Origin: Polymyxa betae A26-41 | Lineage: Eukaryota; Protista; Endomyxa: Phytomyxea | DNA length: 64,000 nt | Reading direction: 5' to 3' | Assembly (NCBI GenBank): GCA_003693705.1 | Contig: RBZT01000323.1 | Coordinates: forward strand, 1-64,000 | Shown: in pieces, positions 48,255-61,454 of the stretch | Position numbering within the stretch: position 1 is the stretch's first letter | Layout of the letters: each line of letters begins with the position of its first letter | The notes under the pieces: generated by a model | Told to the model about the DNA's origin: nothing | Seen by the model: the letters and a program-made list of their open reading frames with translations, nothing else | Database searches by the model: none | Made by a program: the position numbers and the translations under genes

Positions 48255-50609
48255 ATGTCTGGCGAAGATCCCGAATTCGACGATTTCCTGGCCCGCGTCG
48301 AGAACGTCAGCCAGGCGGTGAACAAGCTGGTCCGAGGCGAGATCTCGCCGGACGAATGCGATGCGATCAAAGCGAAGATCGAGCGGCGACCATCGCCGCC
48401 CACGCAGCCCGACCCCGAACGCCATCGCCAGGGGTCCGGCAGCGCGGACCAGTACGCCCTCTACTGCCGCCGATGCGGTATCGAGCACGATGACGACGTC
48501 GCGACCTGCGCTGTGTGTCACCGGTCCGATGTGCTTGAGACGCGCCAGCAGCGCCATCAGTACTTGAAGGGACGTGTTCAGGAGCTGATTGCCCAACGCG
48601 AACGTCGCACTCAGCGTCGTCAACGCTGGCAGCGTTATCGGGAGAATCGTCTCGCCACGAATCGCGTCGAGACCGATTTCGAAGGCTGGCAGGTCTGGGA
48701 GCCCGACACCGATTCCGACGACGAGCCCGTCCCGGATCGCCACGATCCGCGATTCGTTGCCCTCGATGCCAATATTCGTCGTCGCGATGAGGAAGTCGCG
48801 CGGAAACGGCGCCAGGCCGACGAGTTCAAGACCGAAGGGAACGCGTGCTTCGCCCAACACCGATACGTTCAGGCCTGCGAGCTGTATACGAAGGCGATCG
48901 AGCTGAAGAAGGACCAGCCAGCGTACTATACGAATAGGGCGCTGGCCTATCTCCGTACCGATCAGTATCAGTTAGCGTTGGCCGATTGCGATGCGATGCT
49001 CGACATGGCCGAATTCTTCGGCGGCGACCGGCGCCAGAAGCACGACGAGTTCGTTCGGAAGGCGTGGCTGCGTCGCGCCATGGCCCTACATGGTCTGCTA
49101 CGATTCGACGACGCCATCGAATCATTGAAAGATGGCGCCCTGATATCCGCGCCCGGCGACCCGGAAGCCGTCGCTCTGTTGAAACAATACGAGGACGATC
49201 GCGACGAATACGCCCAAGAGCGGCGCCTTCGTTCCGTCGCTGAATACGACGATTTCCGCAACGTTGTCAAGCGATTTCGAGCCGGTGAGGAGGCCGCCGG
49301 CACCGTATTGGATCAGATACGCGAGCTCGGCGCCATCGGGAGGATCTTATTCCGATCGCTGAAAGGACTGGCGTTCGCCTTGGATCTCTTACCGAAGCAG
49401 ACGGTCGCGATCGTTCCGTTGCTGATCGCCGCCTCCACCGACAATCATCGAAGCCTGCATCTGATCGCCAAGCCGCAGCATTTGGATTGGATTTCGGGAA
49501 AGCTGCAAGAACGCCAACTCGCCGATGCGGACGTGCTGGCTTTGTGCCAGCTGCTCCTGCATCTCTGCCAGATGGAGTCTGTGCGGAAACATGTCACGGC
49601 TGGGTTCGAAGGCGATCGTCTCTGGCGCGTCATGAATGCCTTGTTGCAGCGGCCGGGCAACGATGAGTGCCGGATCGCGGCGCTCGGTGTCGTTGCAAAT
49701 TGTGCGATGACGGCGACATTCCGTAGGGCGATTCGTGAGGGTCCCGGTGGCGATAGCCATCCTCAACGATTGATCGCGATCGCCTCATCGAAATCGGCTT
49801 GCGATCAGCTGAAAGAACGGGCGCTCCATGCTCTGAACAACGTCCTGCTTGATAACACCATTAGAGCCAGATTCGCCGCCTTTGACGATCCGCGCGTGTT
49901 CCAGGTTCTGGTTGGAACGCTGTCGGTGGTCTGGAAGCGCATTCGTCGGCAGAGCGTCATCTGGTACGGGCACGACTCCCTGCTCTATGCTCTAAACATC
50001 ATCGTAAACCTGAGCAGCGAGCCGGTGGCATTGCAGAGTTTAATCGCATCTGACCTTTTAAATAAGGTGAACATGCTAATTGCTGAAGGGTCGGGCATCA
50101 TTCGGCAACACTCGTTACAGATTGTGGCTTGCTGCGCTAAAACCGGTCCATCTTCAAAAGCGTTAGTGCAGACGGCTCTGCCTGTAATATTTGAAGCTCT
50201 AACAGACAATGGATGTCGGGAGCATTCGGTTCGTGCTTTGGCTGCATTATCAAGGCAACCAGAGTTCGCTAAGCACCTGTATGAATGCCGACCTCAGAAG
50301 GACGTTCGGGAACGCCTCGTCGAGCTGGTTTGCTCAAGCAGTGATCATCAAGTGATCGGCAACGTTTGCTTATGCATCTCGAAATGCATCGAAGCTGATG
50401 CTGAAGACGATTCCGTCGTAGTCAGCTTCGAGAAAATTATCCCGCGCCTGGCAGAAATTCTGTTAGATAGCGATGTCGATCAAGCGATTCGGCGCAACGT
50501 GGCGATTACGATGGCGAAGATGAGCCGACTACCGCACATATTGAGCAAGCTTCGCGAGCTACGAGTGTTAGAATGTATGTTGTCAACAGCACAAAGTCTA
50601 TTAAGATAA
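48255..50609 (+). CDS. TTC12: TTC12-like TPR + ARM protein (axonemal dynein assembly)
   Basis: FDDFLARVENV N-terminus, three TPRs (ADEFKTEGNACF; YYTNRALAYL; KAWLRRAMA), ARM-like C-terminus (VIGNVCLCI; RRNVAITMAKM). Confidence 0.75.
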   Translation: MSGEDPEFDDFLARVENVSQAVNKLVRGEISPDECDAIKAKIERRPSPPTQPDPERHRQGSGSADQYALYCRRCGIEHDDDVATCAVCHRSDVLETRQQRHQYLKGRVQELIAQRERRTQRRQRWQRYRENRLATNRVETDFEGWQVWEPDTDSDDEPVPDRHDPRFVALDANIRRRDEEVARKRRQADEFKTEGNACFAQHRYVQACELYTKAIELKKDQPAYYTNRALAYLRTDQYQLALADCDAMLDMAEFFGGDRRQKHDEFVRKAWLRRAMALHGLLRFDDAIESLKDGALISAPGDPEAVALLKQYEDDRDEYAQERRLRSVAEYDDFRNVVKRFRAGEEAAGTVLDQIRELGAIGRILFRSLKGLAFALDLLPKQTVAIVPLLIAASTDNHRSLHLIAKPQHLDWISGKLQERQLADADVLALCQLLLHLCQMESVRKHVTAGFEGDRLWRVMNALLQRPGNDECRIAALGVVANCAMTATFRRAIREGPGGDSHPQRLIAIASSKSACDQLKERALHALNNVLLDNTIRARFAAFDDPRVFQVLVGTLSVVWKRIRRQSVIWYGHDSLLYALNIIVNLSSEPVALQSLIASDLLNKVNMLIAEGSGIIRQHSLQIVACCAKTGPSSKALVQTALPVIFEALTDNGCREHSVRALAALSRQPEFAKHLYECRPQKDVRERLVELVCSSSDHQVIGNVCLCISKCIEADAEDDSVVVSFEKIIPRLAEILLDSDVDQAIRRNVAITMAKMSRLPHILSKLRELRVLECMLSTAQSLLR

Positions 50610-50611
50610 GG

Positions 50612-51131
50612 CTAGCCGCCGTGAAGCGTCGAAATAAAGACGATATTGTCACCGTCTTTAACTGTAGACTTGAGGCCGGCGTCTAATTCCCAATCGACAT
50701 CGTTGATTAAGACCAGAATTCCAGGCCTCCTATAGATACAATATTACGACAAGTGCGATAAATAATGAAAAAATATCATTACAGAAAGTATCATCTGATC
50801 AACAATAATCTCACTAAAAAATACTGAACTTGATGTGAAAGCAAAATTTTGAAATTGAATTAACAACAAACTTGAAAGTATTATGATTAAAAGGAATACT
50901 GACACGGTGCCGTCTTGAATAAATAATTCCTTTCTCTCTTGAATGATATGATCCCTGACATATTCGATGATCGTGCTTATCTGGACTTGGTCGCGCTCGT
51001 CCAGCTGGATCCGATGCGTCTTTTGGTTACCCGTCAGAGCGTCCAAACCACCGCTACACAGCATCAACAATGAGACCAAGGTCGGGCATCGCTTTTCAAT
51101 GACCATACCCTAGTTCAACGGTCACCTTCAT
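50612..51131 (-). CDS. URM1: Ubiquitin-related modifier 1 (2 introns)
   Basis: [11 protein letters not shown]...[27 protein letters not shown]...FISTLHGG. Confidence 0.95.
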
Positions 51132-51530
51132 CGAATCGCCACAAGCGGAATCCAACGACCCGAATGACTGCGTGATAGACTCGGCCTGGCCGGGTCATGT
51201 CGCGCGGCTTCCCTTCTGGCTTGCCTGCCGCCCTGGCCATGATCACCACGACTATATAACAAGTATAATAGAGCAAATGAGCGCCTTTGTAAGCCATGAC
51301 GTGGTGAAGCTGCAGAAAACCCTAGCTGGTGGGGGGCACGACGTACAACCACTTGTCACGTAACGTAATCACAGATGTGATAAGGTCGTTATGTCGCTCT
51401 GCCTCTCTTAACGTCTCTCATTGTGGCATTTGGATTTTGGCTCTTTCCAGCGCCGTCTGCGCTTTATATCACGGCGTCAGACGAGGCATATGGCTGAACG
51501 GCCTGGCAGGTTCCAACCGTGCTGACTTGT

Positions 51531-53985
51531 ATGGATGCTCCAGATCTAGCATGCTGCACCGTTGAATATATCCATGGGTCGCAGCATGGTGCTCTATCCG
51601 ACCGTTTTGCTATCGAAGAACGTCTAATATTGCATCGAGCGTATGCCAAAGCTGATAATCGACAGCTGATCAGCTTGTTCAGCAATCAGCTTGCCTATTT
51701 CTGCGCTTTGCAAGGCTCGAGTAGAGAACAAATGATCGAGATTGCAACACAACTTGTCAGCTGTCAAAATGGGACTGACCTTCAGCTCATTTTACGAAAG
51801 AGATTATTAGATCTTGTGTCGGAGGATTTTCGCGATTGCAGAGATGCCTTTTACTCGAACAAATCTGCTGCGTTTCTCACTCAGCTGACTGCCAGAACTA
51901 TCAAAGCTATTTCTGAATCGGTTCAGCTATGGACAGAATCGTCGAACAATCAGCCTCTTTATGACCATATTCGCAAAGTGCTACATGAGAATGCAGACAG
52001 GTAATGGTCTGACTGTTTTGAAATTCATTTTTTAAGCCTATTTGCCCTACAGGCTTAATCCACATCAAAGGCGTCAAGCTGTTATGGACGTTGAGAAATG
52101 GTTTTCCGATTCTCTGAAAGAATCTGTCGTGAAGTCGCCGTCTCTGACTTCTTCGAATTGGGATCGCATTATCTCTTTTGCCGGCTACCAGACTTCTATG
52201 AGAACAATTCGGTGTCTAAACAGAAGTCTATTTTTCGCCTGTCACCAACCCGCGGTTTGCAGTCTGTTTTTTGATCCATTTTTCACAACGTTTACCTGAC
52301 GATATTAGGCCTGGAAACATGTCAAACATGTCGACATCGATTTACTCTGGATCCCTTCCACCCAAGAAGATATCAGTTTGCTTTTCAGAAGAACGTCTTC
52401 GCTACTGTCGTTGCGATGTAGACGCGATCCCGGGCGGTTAACTGCTGACACCATATCAGCAGTTGCTAAGTTTTGCCCATGTTTGGAGGAAGTTTGGTTT
52501 GAAGGCTGGACGTGTCTGACCGATGAGCATGTCGAAACGCTGGCGAAAGCATGCACTTCTCTAAAACGCCTAACTTTGGATTCCTGTGATCTGTTAACTG
52601 ATTGTGGATTGGCAGCTCTGGCAAAAAATTGCTCACAGATAGAGAGCTTATCCTTAAACTGGTGTCCAAGGATCACATTGTTTCCCATCCTGAGTCCGGG
52701 CATATTTAAGAATCTTCGATCATTGTCGGTTGCCAATGCAAATGATAGGAATCCCGATATGTTATCTGACGCTGCGTTTTCAAGAATCATTCGCCTATTT
52801 TCTAATCTGGACCGGCTTGTTTATTCGGGCAGGACCCAACTCGACAACCGAGGATTAGCGACGCTGTCGATTTCCAAATTGGCATATCTTGATTGCTCTA
52901 ATATCACATCTGTAACAGATTCTTGGGTCTCAAAAGTTTGCAAAATCTGTCCGAATCTCAAGTTTATTAACCTCTCGAAGTGCCCAGTTGCTAGACTTGA
53001 CGCTGCCGAATTTGCCTTAAGCAATGCTGATCAAGTTATTCTTGCAAACTGCAATAAGCTATGCAATGATGCTTTGCATAATCTCTCCAATTGCCAGAGG
53101 CTGTCAGTTCTGAACCTTTCTGGTTGTGCATCTTTATCAGATCCAGCATTTTCTAAACTACCCAAGGATTGGAGAAGCGTTCGGGTCCTCTGCCTTGATC
53201 GCTGCTCTTCTCTTACAGATCGATCTATCTCTGCGATTTGCAAACGTATGCCTTCAATCGAGTCTCTCTCGCTTCAGAATCTTCGCCATTTAGGCAATAG
53301 CTCTGTCAGCACGATTGTATCGTCCCTAAACAGGTTGACGCATTTGAATATTTCTGGCTGCTACAAAATCACTGACGCTGGTATTGGTTTCTTGGGTTCG
53401 TCAAGATGCTCAATGCGATCGTTGAATATAAGCAACTTATCAAGCATCACCGATTTGGCAATGCAAAGTTTAGTTTCATTTGGGTTCCTGGAAAATTTGG
53501 ATGTAAGCGGCTGTAGCGGCCTCTCATATGAAGGAATCTTGATTTTATGTGCTGCTGCATTCCGGAATACAGTGAGAACACTATCAATCGCACGGTGCTC
53601 TGGTGTTGAAAGTGACATCATGAAACTGATTGGAATCTGTTTTCCGTTGTTGCAAGACTTGGATGTTTCTTCATGCGAGAATCTATCTGATGCTGGTATG
53701 AAGGGTTTGGTCTCTGAATTTTCCAATATTCGTTGTATCAGTTTCGGTGGATGTACCGAAGTAACGGAGATAGGCGTCAGAGATCTTTTGCAGAAGGCGC
53801 CGCTTTTGCGATTTATCAACATGTCTTGCTGCCCTAGAATATCTTCAGAAAGCACTCAAAAACTACGGCAGGACTTTGTTGGTGTGAACTTCGTCAGCAA
53901 TCCTCTCGTTCTGGAAACATCAGTCTCAATGAAGCTTGACCCGCCATCAAAACCGTTTCCTCTTGATCGCGCATTGACCTGTTGA
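51531..53985 (+). CDS. F-box/LRR-repeat (cysteine-containing LRR, FBXL/AMN1-like) protein
   Basis: Many LxxLxLxxCxxLTDxG repeats in ORF 52378-53985; degenerate F-box-like segment near 52150. Confidence 0.85.
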
Positions 53986-54130
53986 TGCAAAATTGTAATA
54001 TTTCTGCTATTTATTTAAGGAATTCAAGCTATTTATGTGGGACATGTTAATATTAATACAACTATGGAGTGATGTGGGCTTTATGAGTGCTGTAGGTCTG
54101 TCTCACATAACTTCTTCATTGACATCTTTC

Positions 54131-55026
54131 ATGTCGGCAGATAGCAACGTCCCTGTTATCATCGTGAATGCTGCCCTGCACCCAGACATCGCTAAAGCGA
54201 TTCAAGCATCCAATCTTTTCAGAATTAGATCTGATAGCAGTATTGATGCAAGGTAGGCTTAATTCTTGACTGGTATGGGAAATCACGTTTTACCATGCAG
54301 TACAGTGTGATCTTACCGTCTTCTTTGACGGTTGGATTAATTATCGCAACTGAAAACGAATGGCTTTTTACGTAAGTGAATCGATGCTGTGTATGCCTAT
54401 CAACAGATCTTTAGCCACCGATGGGAGCAGTTACAACAGAAAAGCACGAAACTGAAGAAGCTATTTCAGCAATCGTATCTGATAGCGATGGTTCAATCTC
54501 GCTATGGCCAACGGGTGATTACCGACCGATTGATGTAAGAATAGTGGAAGAACGGTGATGTATCATCAACATGGCCCAAACAGTGATAACCTCGGCGAGA
54601 TACCTCAGCTAATCCTTTGTGCAAATTTGGAATTTCTTCCCAGAATTATCTTGTACTTGTCTCGATGTTTCCGTCCCGAGAATTCCTCAACAAAAGAACG
54701 AAGACTCAGCACTCACCATAAAAGGGCATCGGACCCCAACTTGGTTCCTGATCTTCTATCCAACATACCTGGATGCCCAAGCGCTAACGAACTGTAAATT
54801 GAATCGAAGGCCTGCAAAACAGTCTAACTCTTGGGCTGGCAATAGGTCAATACTGCAAGACTATTTTGGAAACATATCCAAGATCGCCAACGCAAGCTAT
54901 GAAACGATTCTGGACACTACACCTTGCTCAAGCGAAGCAGCAATGCAAATATCTACGTTCTTCGGGAATAGTTTACAAATTCAACGTTCTTTATTACAAG
55001 AAGACAGTGAATACTTGAGCCCATAA
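54131..55026 (+). CDS. PTD/SPO16/SCRE-like ERCC1-fold + HhH2 protein (meiotic ZMM partner; FAAP24 is the alternative)
   Basis: VIIVNAAL..IAKAI..FRIRSDSSI..SVILP; C-terminal FGNISKIANASYETILDTTPCSSEAAMQISTFF. Confidence 0.6.
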
Positions 55027-55523
55027 CAATATATACCTAAACTACAGAATCAGTAAAAGGATCTCCAGAAGACTCTCAAACAAATAAATAAGAAATTTCA
55101 GCCCCGAAAGATGGTTAAGATGCGTGATCATATTTACGCTCAATGAAAAGTGTTTTTCATCAGAAAGTAGTATCAATAAGTATAAAATTATAAATGTCTT
55201 GCTAACCTTTACCACAGCCGAAGACGAGGACGTTGAACATTAGTACATACTCAAACTACAGAGACCTCATGAGAATGAATGAGAATGGATGAACTCGGAC
55301 TGCGAGGTTCGGACTTCTAGGCCTGCCGGAAAGCCGGAAGCCCAGGAGACTCAAATATATGATGTATGCGCTAAACTTGGTCAGGCTCTTCAGCAAAAGT
55401 ATTGTAAGAAGATTGAAAAAGCTTGTACGTTTATGATATGCATAAAAATAAATTAAATAACGGTACGACAAAAATTTTTTATAGTCACAGCTATGTTCAA
55501 TTCTGTTCTGATCAATTCTGGTC

Positions 55524-58500
55524 ATGGACGAGTTCGTCGTTTTCGCAGAAGCTCATGCTTCTTTGTTAACATTAACAGTCCAAACCTGCCAAGCGAACCC
55601 ACAGCCCGATAACCTACCAGTACGGCTGTCCCTCATTGATAAGCTTCTTCTCACGATCGAGAACGCTTCTTCATCGGAGAACCCGGCCGGAACAATCTGC
55701 GATCGCATCTCGCGAATCGACATTCAACAGTAAGCGCTCTGTCTCTACAAGAAAGAAGCTCTGTCTAATCTTCGCAGGATCGCAGCCTCCTTTAAAAACG
55801 ACGACTGGCAATGGCTGTTTATGAAGCCAGAAGAGGAAAGACGCGAACAGTCGATACGACTGGTGAACGCAGCCCGTGATTTTGTGGGGACCCGACATGA
55901 CGACCTCGAATCGTTAACGTTTCTCTCCTCATTGCTGCTCCGATTCAGTCTCATTGGTTCAGGCTCATTAGACAATCTGATCCTTCAGTTTCTGTTGACG
56001 AATGTCCTGAGCTCGGCACCGTCGGCTGTGCTCAGCGCCTTCCATGAGACTCTGCCAGTCTTGATCACTCTCGTCGCTGATGATAATCTCCTTGGGCGGT
56101 TCGCTTCTGTCGTGATACGATTCGTATCGCATCATGCGTACTGCAACGAGGCGGCGACCATCTTACTACGACATTTGCCTCAGCTGATGATATTCTGGTC
56201 GGCCTCTGTCATCCACAAGGTAACATTCCTTTTTAAAACGGTTCTTGCCGGTTTCATGACAATCGCTTTAGGCAACACTAATGCAAATTCTCTCTGCATT
56301 AAGCATCAACAATTCGCTTTCTCATGTTTTCCCTTCACAACCTGCTGTTAATTCGTTTATTGCCATTCCATCGACTGCATCAGTGCTGCTAGACTCGGTT
56401 ATCGACAACTCCACCGGCCTTATCAAGAGCATTAGTAACTGCGATGATATCGCTCTTCGTAATTTGCTGGAATCACTTCGGCTTATCGGGAGGGTTTCGT
56501 CTCAGTCTGCTCCTATCGCAGATCAATTCGCAACAACGCTCTTTGACCATGAATTGTTTATTGGTGAACTAATTCGCACATTACGATCGGAGGTTACGAG
56601 GGCTCCTGGTCCCGGAATCGAATCAACACGACGTGTCTTGTTTTCATGCCGTCAATTGGAGGCGCTGGCTGGTGTGATTTTGGCAATGTCGCTTACTCCA
56701 AAGTCATTGTCAAAGGCTAGATCTCGTATTGAGCGACAAGTTATAGAGAGCGCCGCAAGCCACTGGGATTTATTCGTGGGCCCTTTCTCAAGAATTATGC
56801 TAGCCTTAGATAGATACCGTAATGACGAGGAGCGATGCCAGATAGCATGGACTGGTCGGCTGTCACTTACCGATATCGTGAAACGGTATGGCGATTACAT
56901 ATTTGCGCTATCAAATGGTGCATTAATTCGTGTGACATAGCATTCCGCGACTGATTACTCGACTACAATTCGACGACGATTCACTGATATCACATAGTGA
57001 ATATGAAACTTGCATTGATTTAGTGTCAATGATCAAGCTTGTCACTTTGTATGCCAAGACTACACCTGATCCATCATATCTTGGCCCTGATCAGGTTCAT
57101 CGCGTTTATCATGTTCTTATCAAGCGCCTGTTCGAGATTATTTCGGCGGTTCCTTGCCAACCGGTCAGGTCGGCAGCTTTACAGGCTCTCAAGGAAATAA
57201 AGCTCCCGGACGACCAAGGACTGCTTATTACGGAAATGCTGTCGTCGTTCAATACTGTAATTAGGCATCACAAGATGGAGATGGCGCTGCATATGGTTTA
57301 CGTTACCTTTCAAGCAATGGTTACCTCCGACGATCAACTACAAATCAATTACCACGAAGTTGCCGAAGCTCTATTAAACTTCACTGAGATGTCCGATCAT
57401 ACTTCGATACTTTCCGATCCAATTCTTGACGATAAGATCAATCAAAATCGCGTTCTTGCTTCCTGCGTTAAAGTTTTCATGCTTGCCTGGCGGAATATTG
57501 CATTTGCGAAGGTTGAATTGTGTGTGTGTGTGTGCTCATAGTTCATTGACGTTCGAAAAGGCAGTCACGGTCATCCCCATACCTACTGTTAGGAAGATCC
57601 TTTGTCGAACGCTTGCGTTAGAATTTCTGTCCTACATCGAACAATCCCAACGTGTTTCTGCGAAGAAAGACGAGGATGGCTTTTGGCTGCCGATAGGTGG
57701 AAGTCAAGACAGCGTATTCAATAACAGGTGCTGCTTGGTTGTTGAAATATGGCCTCGGCTGAACGGTTTACAGTATATTGATTGAGCAAACGCTGTTGGG
57801 ATTTAACTGCAACACTCTCCTGGGGGTCGTAGATGAACTTTCTGATATTGTCAGGAAGATAGAGACCACAGATGGCGAACAGCCGGAGCGTACATCAAAC
57901 GAAGGGCTGAGGTCGCGGTTGCAATTTCTAATCGTTCGCTGCGTACAACAAATTGCCGATGTTATTTCGGGTGATCGTAAAGACGATGTCCTGCAAAAAT
58001 TGATTGGTGCTAAAACCTTCGACGAATGGGTCTCATTACCGAGCGGTCGTCCTGTTCCTGCTTGCATTGAGAGGGAAACTCAACCATTGTGTGAGTCATT
58101 TCTAGTATTGTTTATCTATCCCAATCATGTATGAATTCAGCGAACTTTGAGAGGAGGCAATATTATTTGACAAAACCCACGAGTGATCACATTGATGGAA
58201 TTGCGGCTTTGTTGAATCAGTGTGGATCTTCCGAAGGCGAATGTGACGTAGCTACAAAATGGAGAGACATTTGTCATAATGAAGTGGGTCTTACAAACTG
58301 GCTCTCACATGAGGATAAATGATTGTACATAGAAAAAATCAAATCATGACTCGTTTATAATGGTTCATAAAGCGACCAATAGTGTGGTAGGATTCTGTGG
58401 CTTTTCCGGGCCAAAGATCGAGTCATTTATTATCGATTCTTCGTGCCATTATCAAGACCAGTATGACATTCAGCTATGTTTGCTGTCTTATTATGATAGG

Positions 58501-61384
58501 TGGTCTGGTCTCAACGGCCATGAGAAGCTCTTCATCGATTTATCACAGCATTCTTCTCAAGCTGCCTTTATGACACGGCACGATCATATTTTTAGGTCAA
58601 CCACAACTTGCCCAATTCAATCACAAAATTGATATAATTTCGTAGGATCCAACAAATAGATGAGAACTCGGTTAAATTTTATTGGAATGTTCTGCTAGAG
58701 TATCCATTAGAGGAGAGAATCGATCATGATTTAAGCACGATTCAAGGGCAGATCAGGCATCTTCTAACAAAAAGAATACTTTCTGACAGCTCTGAAGAGC
58801 CATTGCTCAGTCCTCTGTCTCGTGTATATAATCTCATTGCTGGGTTCATCCCCATTCCTTCCAAGTCTTCAAATCCTGATTCAGGTCCTCATTCTTTCCG
58901 ATCATCTCTTGAGTCGTACAGTCGCCAGATGTATGAGAGGGTTATGAGAAGCCATGCATCCAATGATGCGGTACAACCTCTCCAAGAATTTACATCCGAA
59001 CCAGCACAGATAAATGATTTCATGCAGTCGCTAAAACTGGCCTTCATCAAAGAATCTGTAACGTCGTCAACGTCAAGCGTTTGGGAAGAGAAAGACAAAT
59101 GGAACCCTGTCGCCATCGGCTCCTTTGAAGAAAACCTTATTGGGTTCACTACTCAATCCATTCAGCAACGATTATTTTGTGATCTGACTGATGCTACTGA
59201 TTCATCGGCTCGATCCTCCTCTATTCTCTCGCCAACTGCTCTAATCAAATGCGGTATGTAGTCGCTTGTAACAGAGTCCCAGTCTAAATTGCCTCACAGG
59301 TGACGCTAGACATCAGTTTGCAACAGATGCACATCAGCTCTCTGAAAATGACTGCGTCATCGATCCGTCTACCGTTGTCCTCGCTGCCTTCGCTCGCATA
59401 TTATACATCTGTGTTACAGACGGAACCGAGTATAGCAAGCGAAAAGCACAGAAATATCTGCTGAAAAGGACTATGCTGTCGTCTTTGCAACATTGGATCA
59501 TTGTTAAGGAATTCGGAACCACACGTGGTCCAATCGATATCCGCTTACTTTTAGGGAGAACTGCAATTAATCGGTTCGGTATTGGTGCGAAGATATTGGC
59601 GACGCTTTCAAGGACTTTAAATTGGTCGGCTTGGGGACTGGAAGCATTTGTTGAAAGCTGCGAAGAACTGAACGAGCTGCTCTGCTTTGCATTTAACGTT
59701 AGCTCAAGATTGACAATGGCGGTTCAATCAAGGTAATATACAACCGACATGCCTTAGTAATATGCTGACCAATTTTAGGCGAGATTCGAATAGGAAATTG
59801 CCCACTTGCATGGAGTCTATGATGCTTTACCTTACTCAGATGGTCAAGGATATCTTGTTAACGATTCCTTTATTGCATTACATAGATCGTCTAGTGGATC
59901 CAGCGAATCCGAACTCCACCTCGATTGACGACACCCCTCCTGATGTCCTCTGCCAATTTAATTTGCAGCTTCAGCTGCATGTTACCAATCTCTTGTTCGG
60001 AAACCGACGAGTTTTGAAGTACATTCAGCATTTTATCTATTACGACCAAGAGCTGTCGGCGCAAACTTTCGTCTCCAAGACAGAAGGAGACGACTACTTT
60101 GATGACTATGAAGAGGGTTCGGGCACCACCTTAGATCGCTTGAGGATTAATATCTTCAACATATTGGGCATCTTAATGCAAGCGAGTAAGGGCATTGCTG
60201 TGAGATTCCGCAGAACAATAACTTTCAAACAGGCTCAGACATTCGCAATGTCGTCCTATATCAGTATTCCTTAGCCGGTATAAAGTACGACATATCAGTT
60301 CGTCCATCGTTTTTGCAGTCCATTTTAACACAAGCGTCTATCGAATCGTTTTCTCTGTCGCTGCATCAATCTCTACTACATCGACGAATTTTTGCTGTCG
60401 ATGAATCTATCGAGTACATTACTGTCATTGAAACAAACACGAAATCATTCTTAGGCTCGTCTACCATTCGAAACAAACTATTAATAATGTCATGTCATTA
60501 TGTATACGTTAGCAATTTCGATGTAAGTTTGTAGCTTAACGCACCTCGATCTATGTAAACTTGTTTAACAGTTGCCCTCTGGCATTATAACTAATAACGA
60601 CTATAAGCTAGATGTAACCAATTTCTGTCGAATCCACTATTCTGCTGTTTATGAAGTCAGAGTAGATATCACAGGGCAGATCCTGACATTGGGTCACACG
60701 ACCTCGCCCACTTCAAGATCTCCCCTGAGATATGAAGTTTGGGCTGTTCGTCTGTTCGGATCCGTTCAAGCCATTGCCAATCTATTCCAAAGGAAATGCG
60801 GATTATTTACAACATTGTATTGGGTTCCGATCAAACTGCTGCCATTAGAAAACCGAAAGCAATACCCTTTTAAGACGGCAACCAATACCTCTTGCCATAG
60901 TGTTGAACCTGGATGTTCTGATATTGTTCAGTTGCCCAAGATCAAGCTAGCGACACTAGTTGACATCTTGAAGCCGAATGGTCTGCTTGAGAGGAAAGTT
61001 CTGTTCTGGACTGAAATGAAGCAAAACAATAAGCCCAAACACATACTTTACATTGCTGCTGATGTTTCGGACATCATGCAACTAGCAAAACGTCCTCCCC
61101 AAGCGGATACCAATGCAGAAAACTGGAAATGGCCCGTTTCGTCTTGGTTCAACTCTTCATCAACCTATTCGTACCTGCTATCCGATTTGCAAGCAGTTGA
61201 AGTAACTGAGACGACAAAAGCAATCATGACAATGAGTTTTGTCGGGGATCGGATGGTCAGCATATTTTTCGCATGTGACTCTGCTCGGGAAACATGGAAA
61301 CGCGCATTGCGAAAGTATTTGGTCAATTCAAGCAAGAAGAACCCATGGGATATACTAATGATTCCATCAAGAGAGGTTATTTAA
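55524..61384 (+). CDS. Large multi-exon hypothetical protein (helical N-terminus, PH-like C-terminus)
   Basis: Chain of plus-strand ORFs joined by ~50-nt GT-AG introns; ends SIFFACDSARETWKRALRKYL; may be more than one gene. Confidence 0.65.
57519..57534. repeat. (TG)8 microsatellite in an intron
   Basis: tgtgtgtgtgtgtgtg. Confidence 0.9.
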
Positions 61385-61454
61385 TACAATATCTAACGTA
61401 GATGTTAAAGTTTTTGTTTGAGCAGTCATGAATTTGTTGAAAATGCTCTGGATT

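Noticed and set aside
47019-50209. Numerous long antisense or alternate-frame ORFs over LanCL/TTC12 (also over HCF101, BUB2, RPS27A)
   Set aside because: Shadow ORFs caused by GC-rich codon usage
50732-50901. Unusually long URM1 intron as a snoRNA host
   Set aside because: AT-rich, no paired C/D boxes or H/ACA hairpins seen
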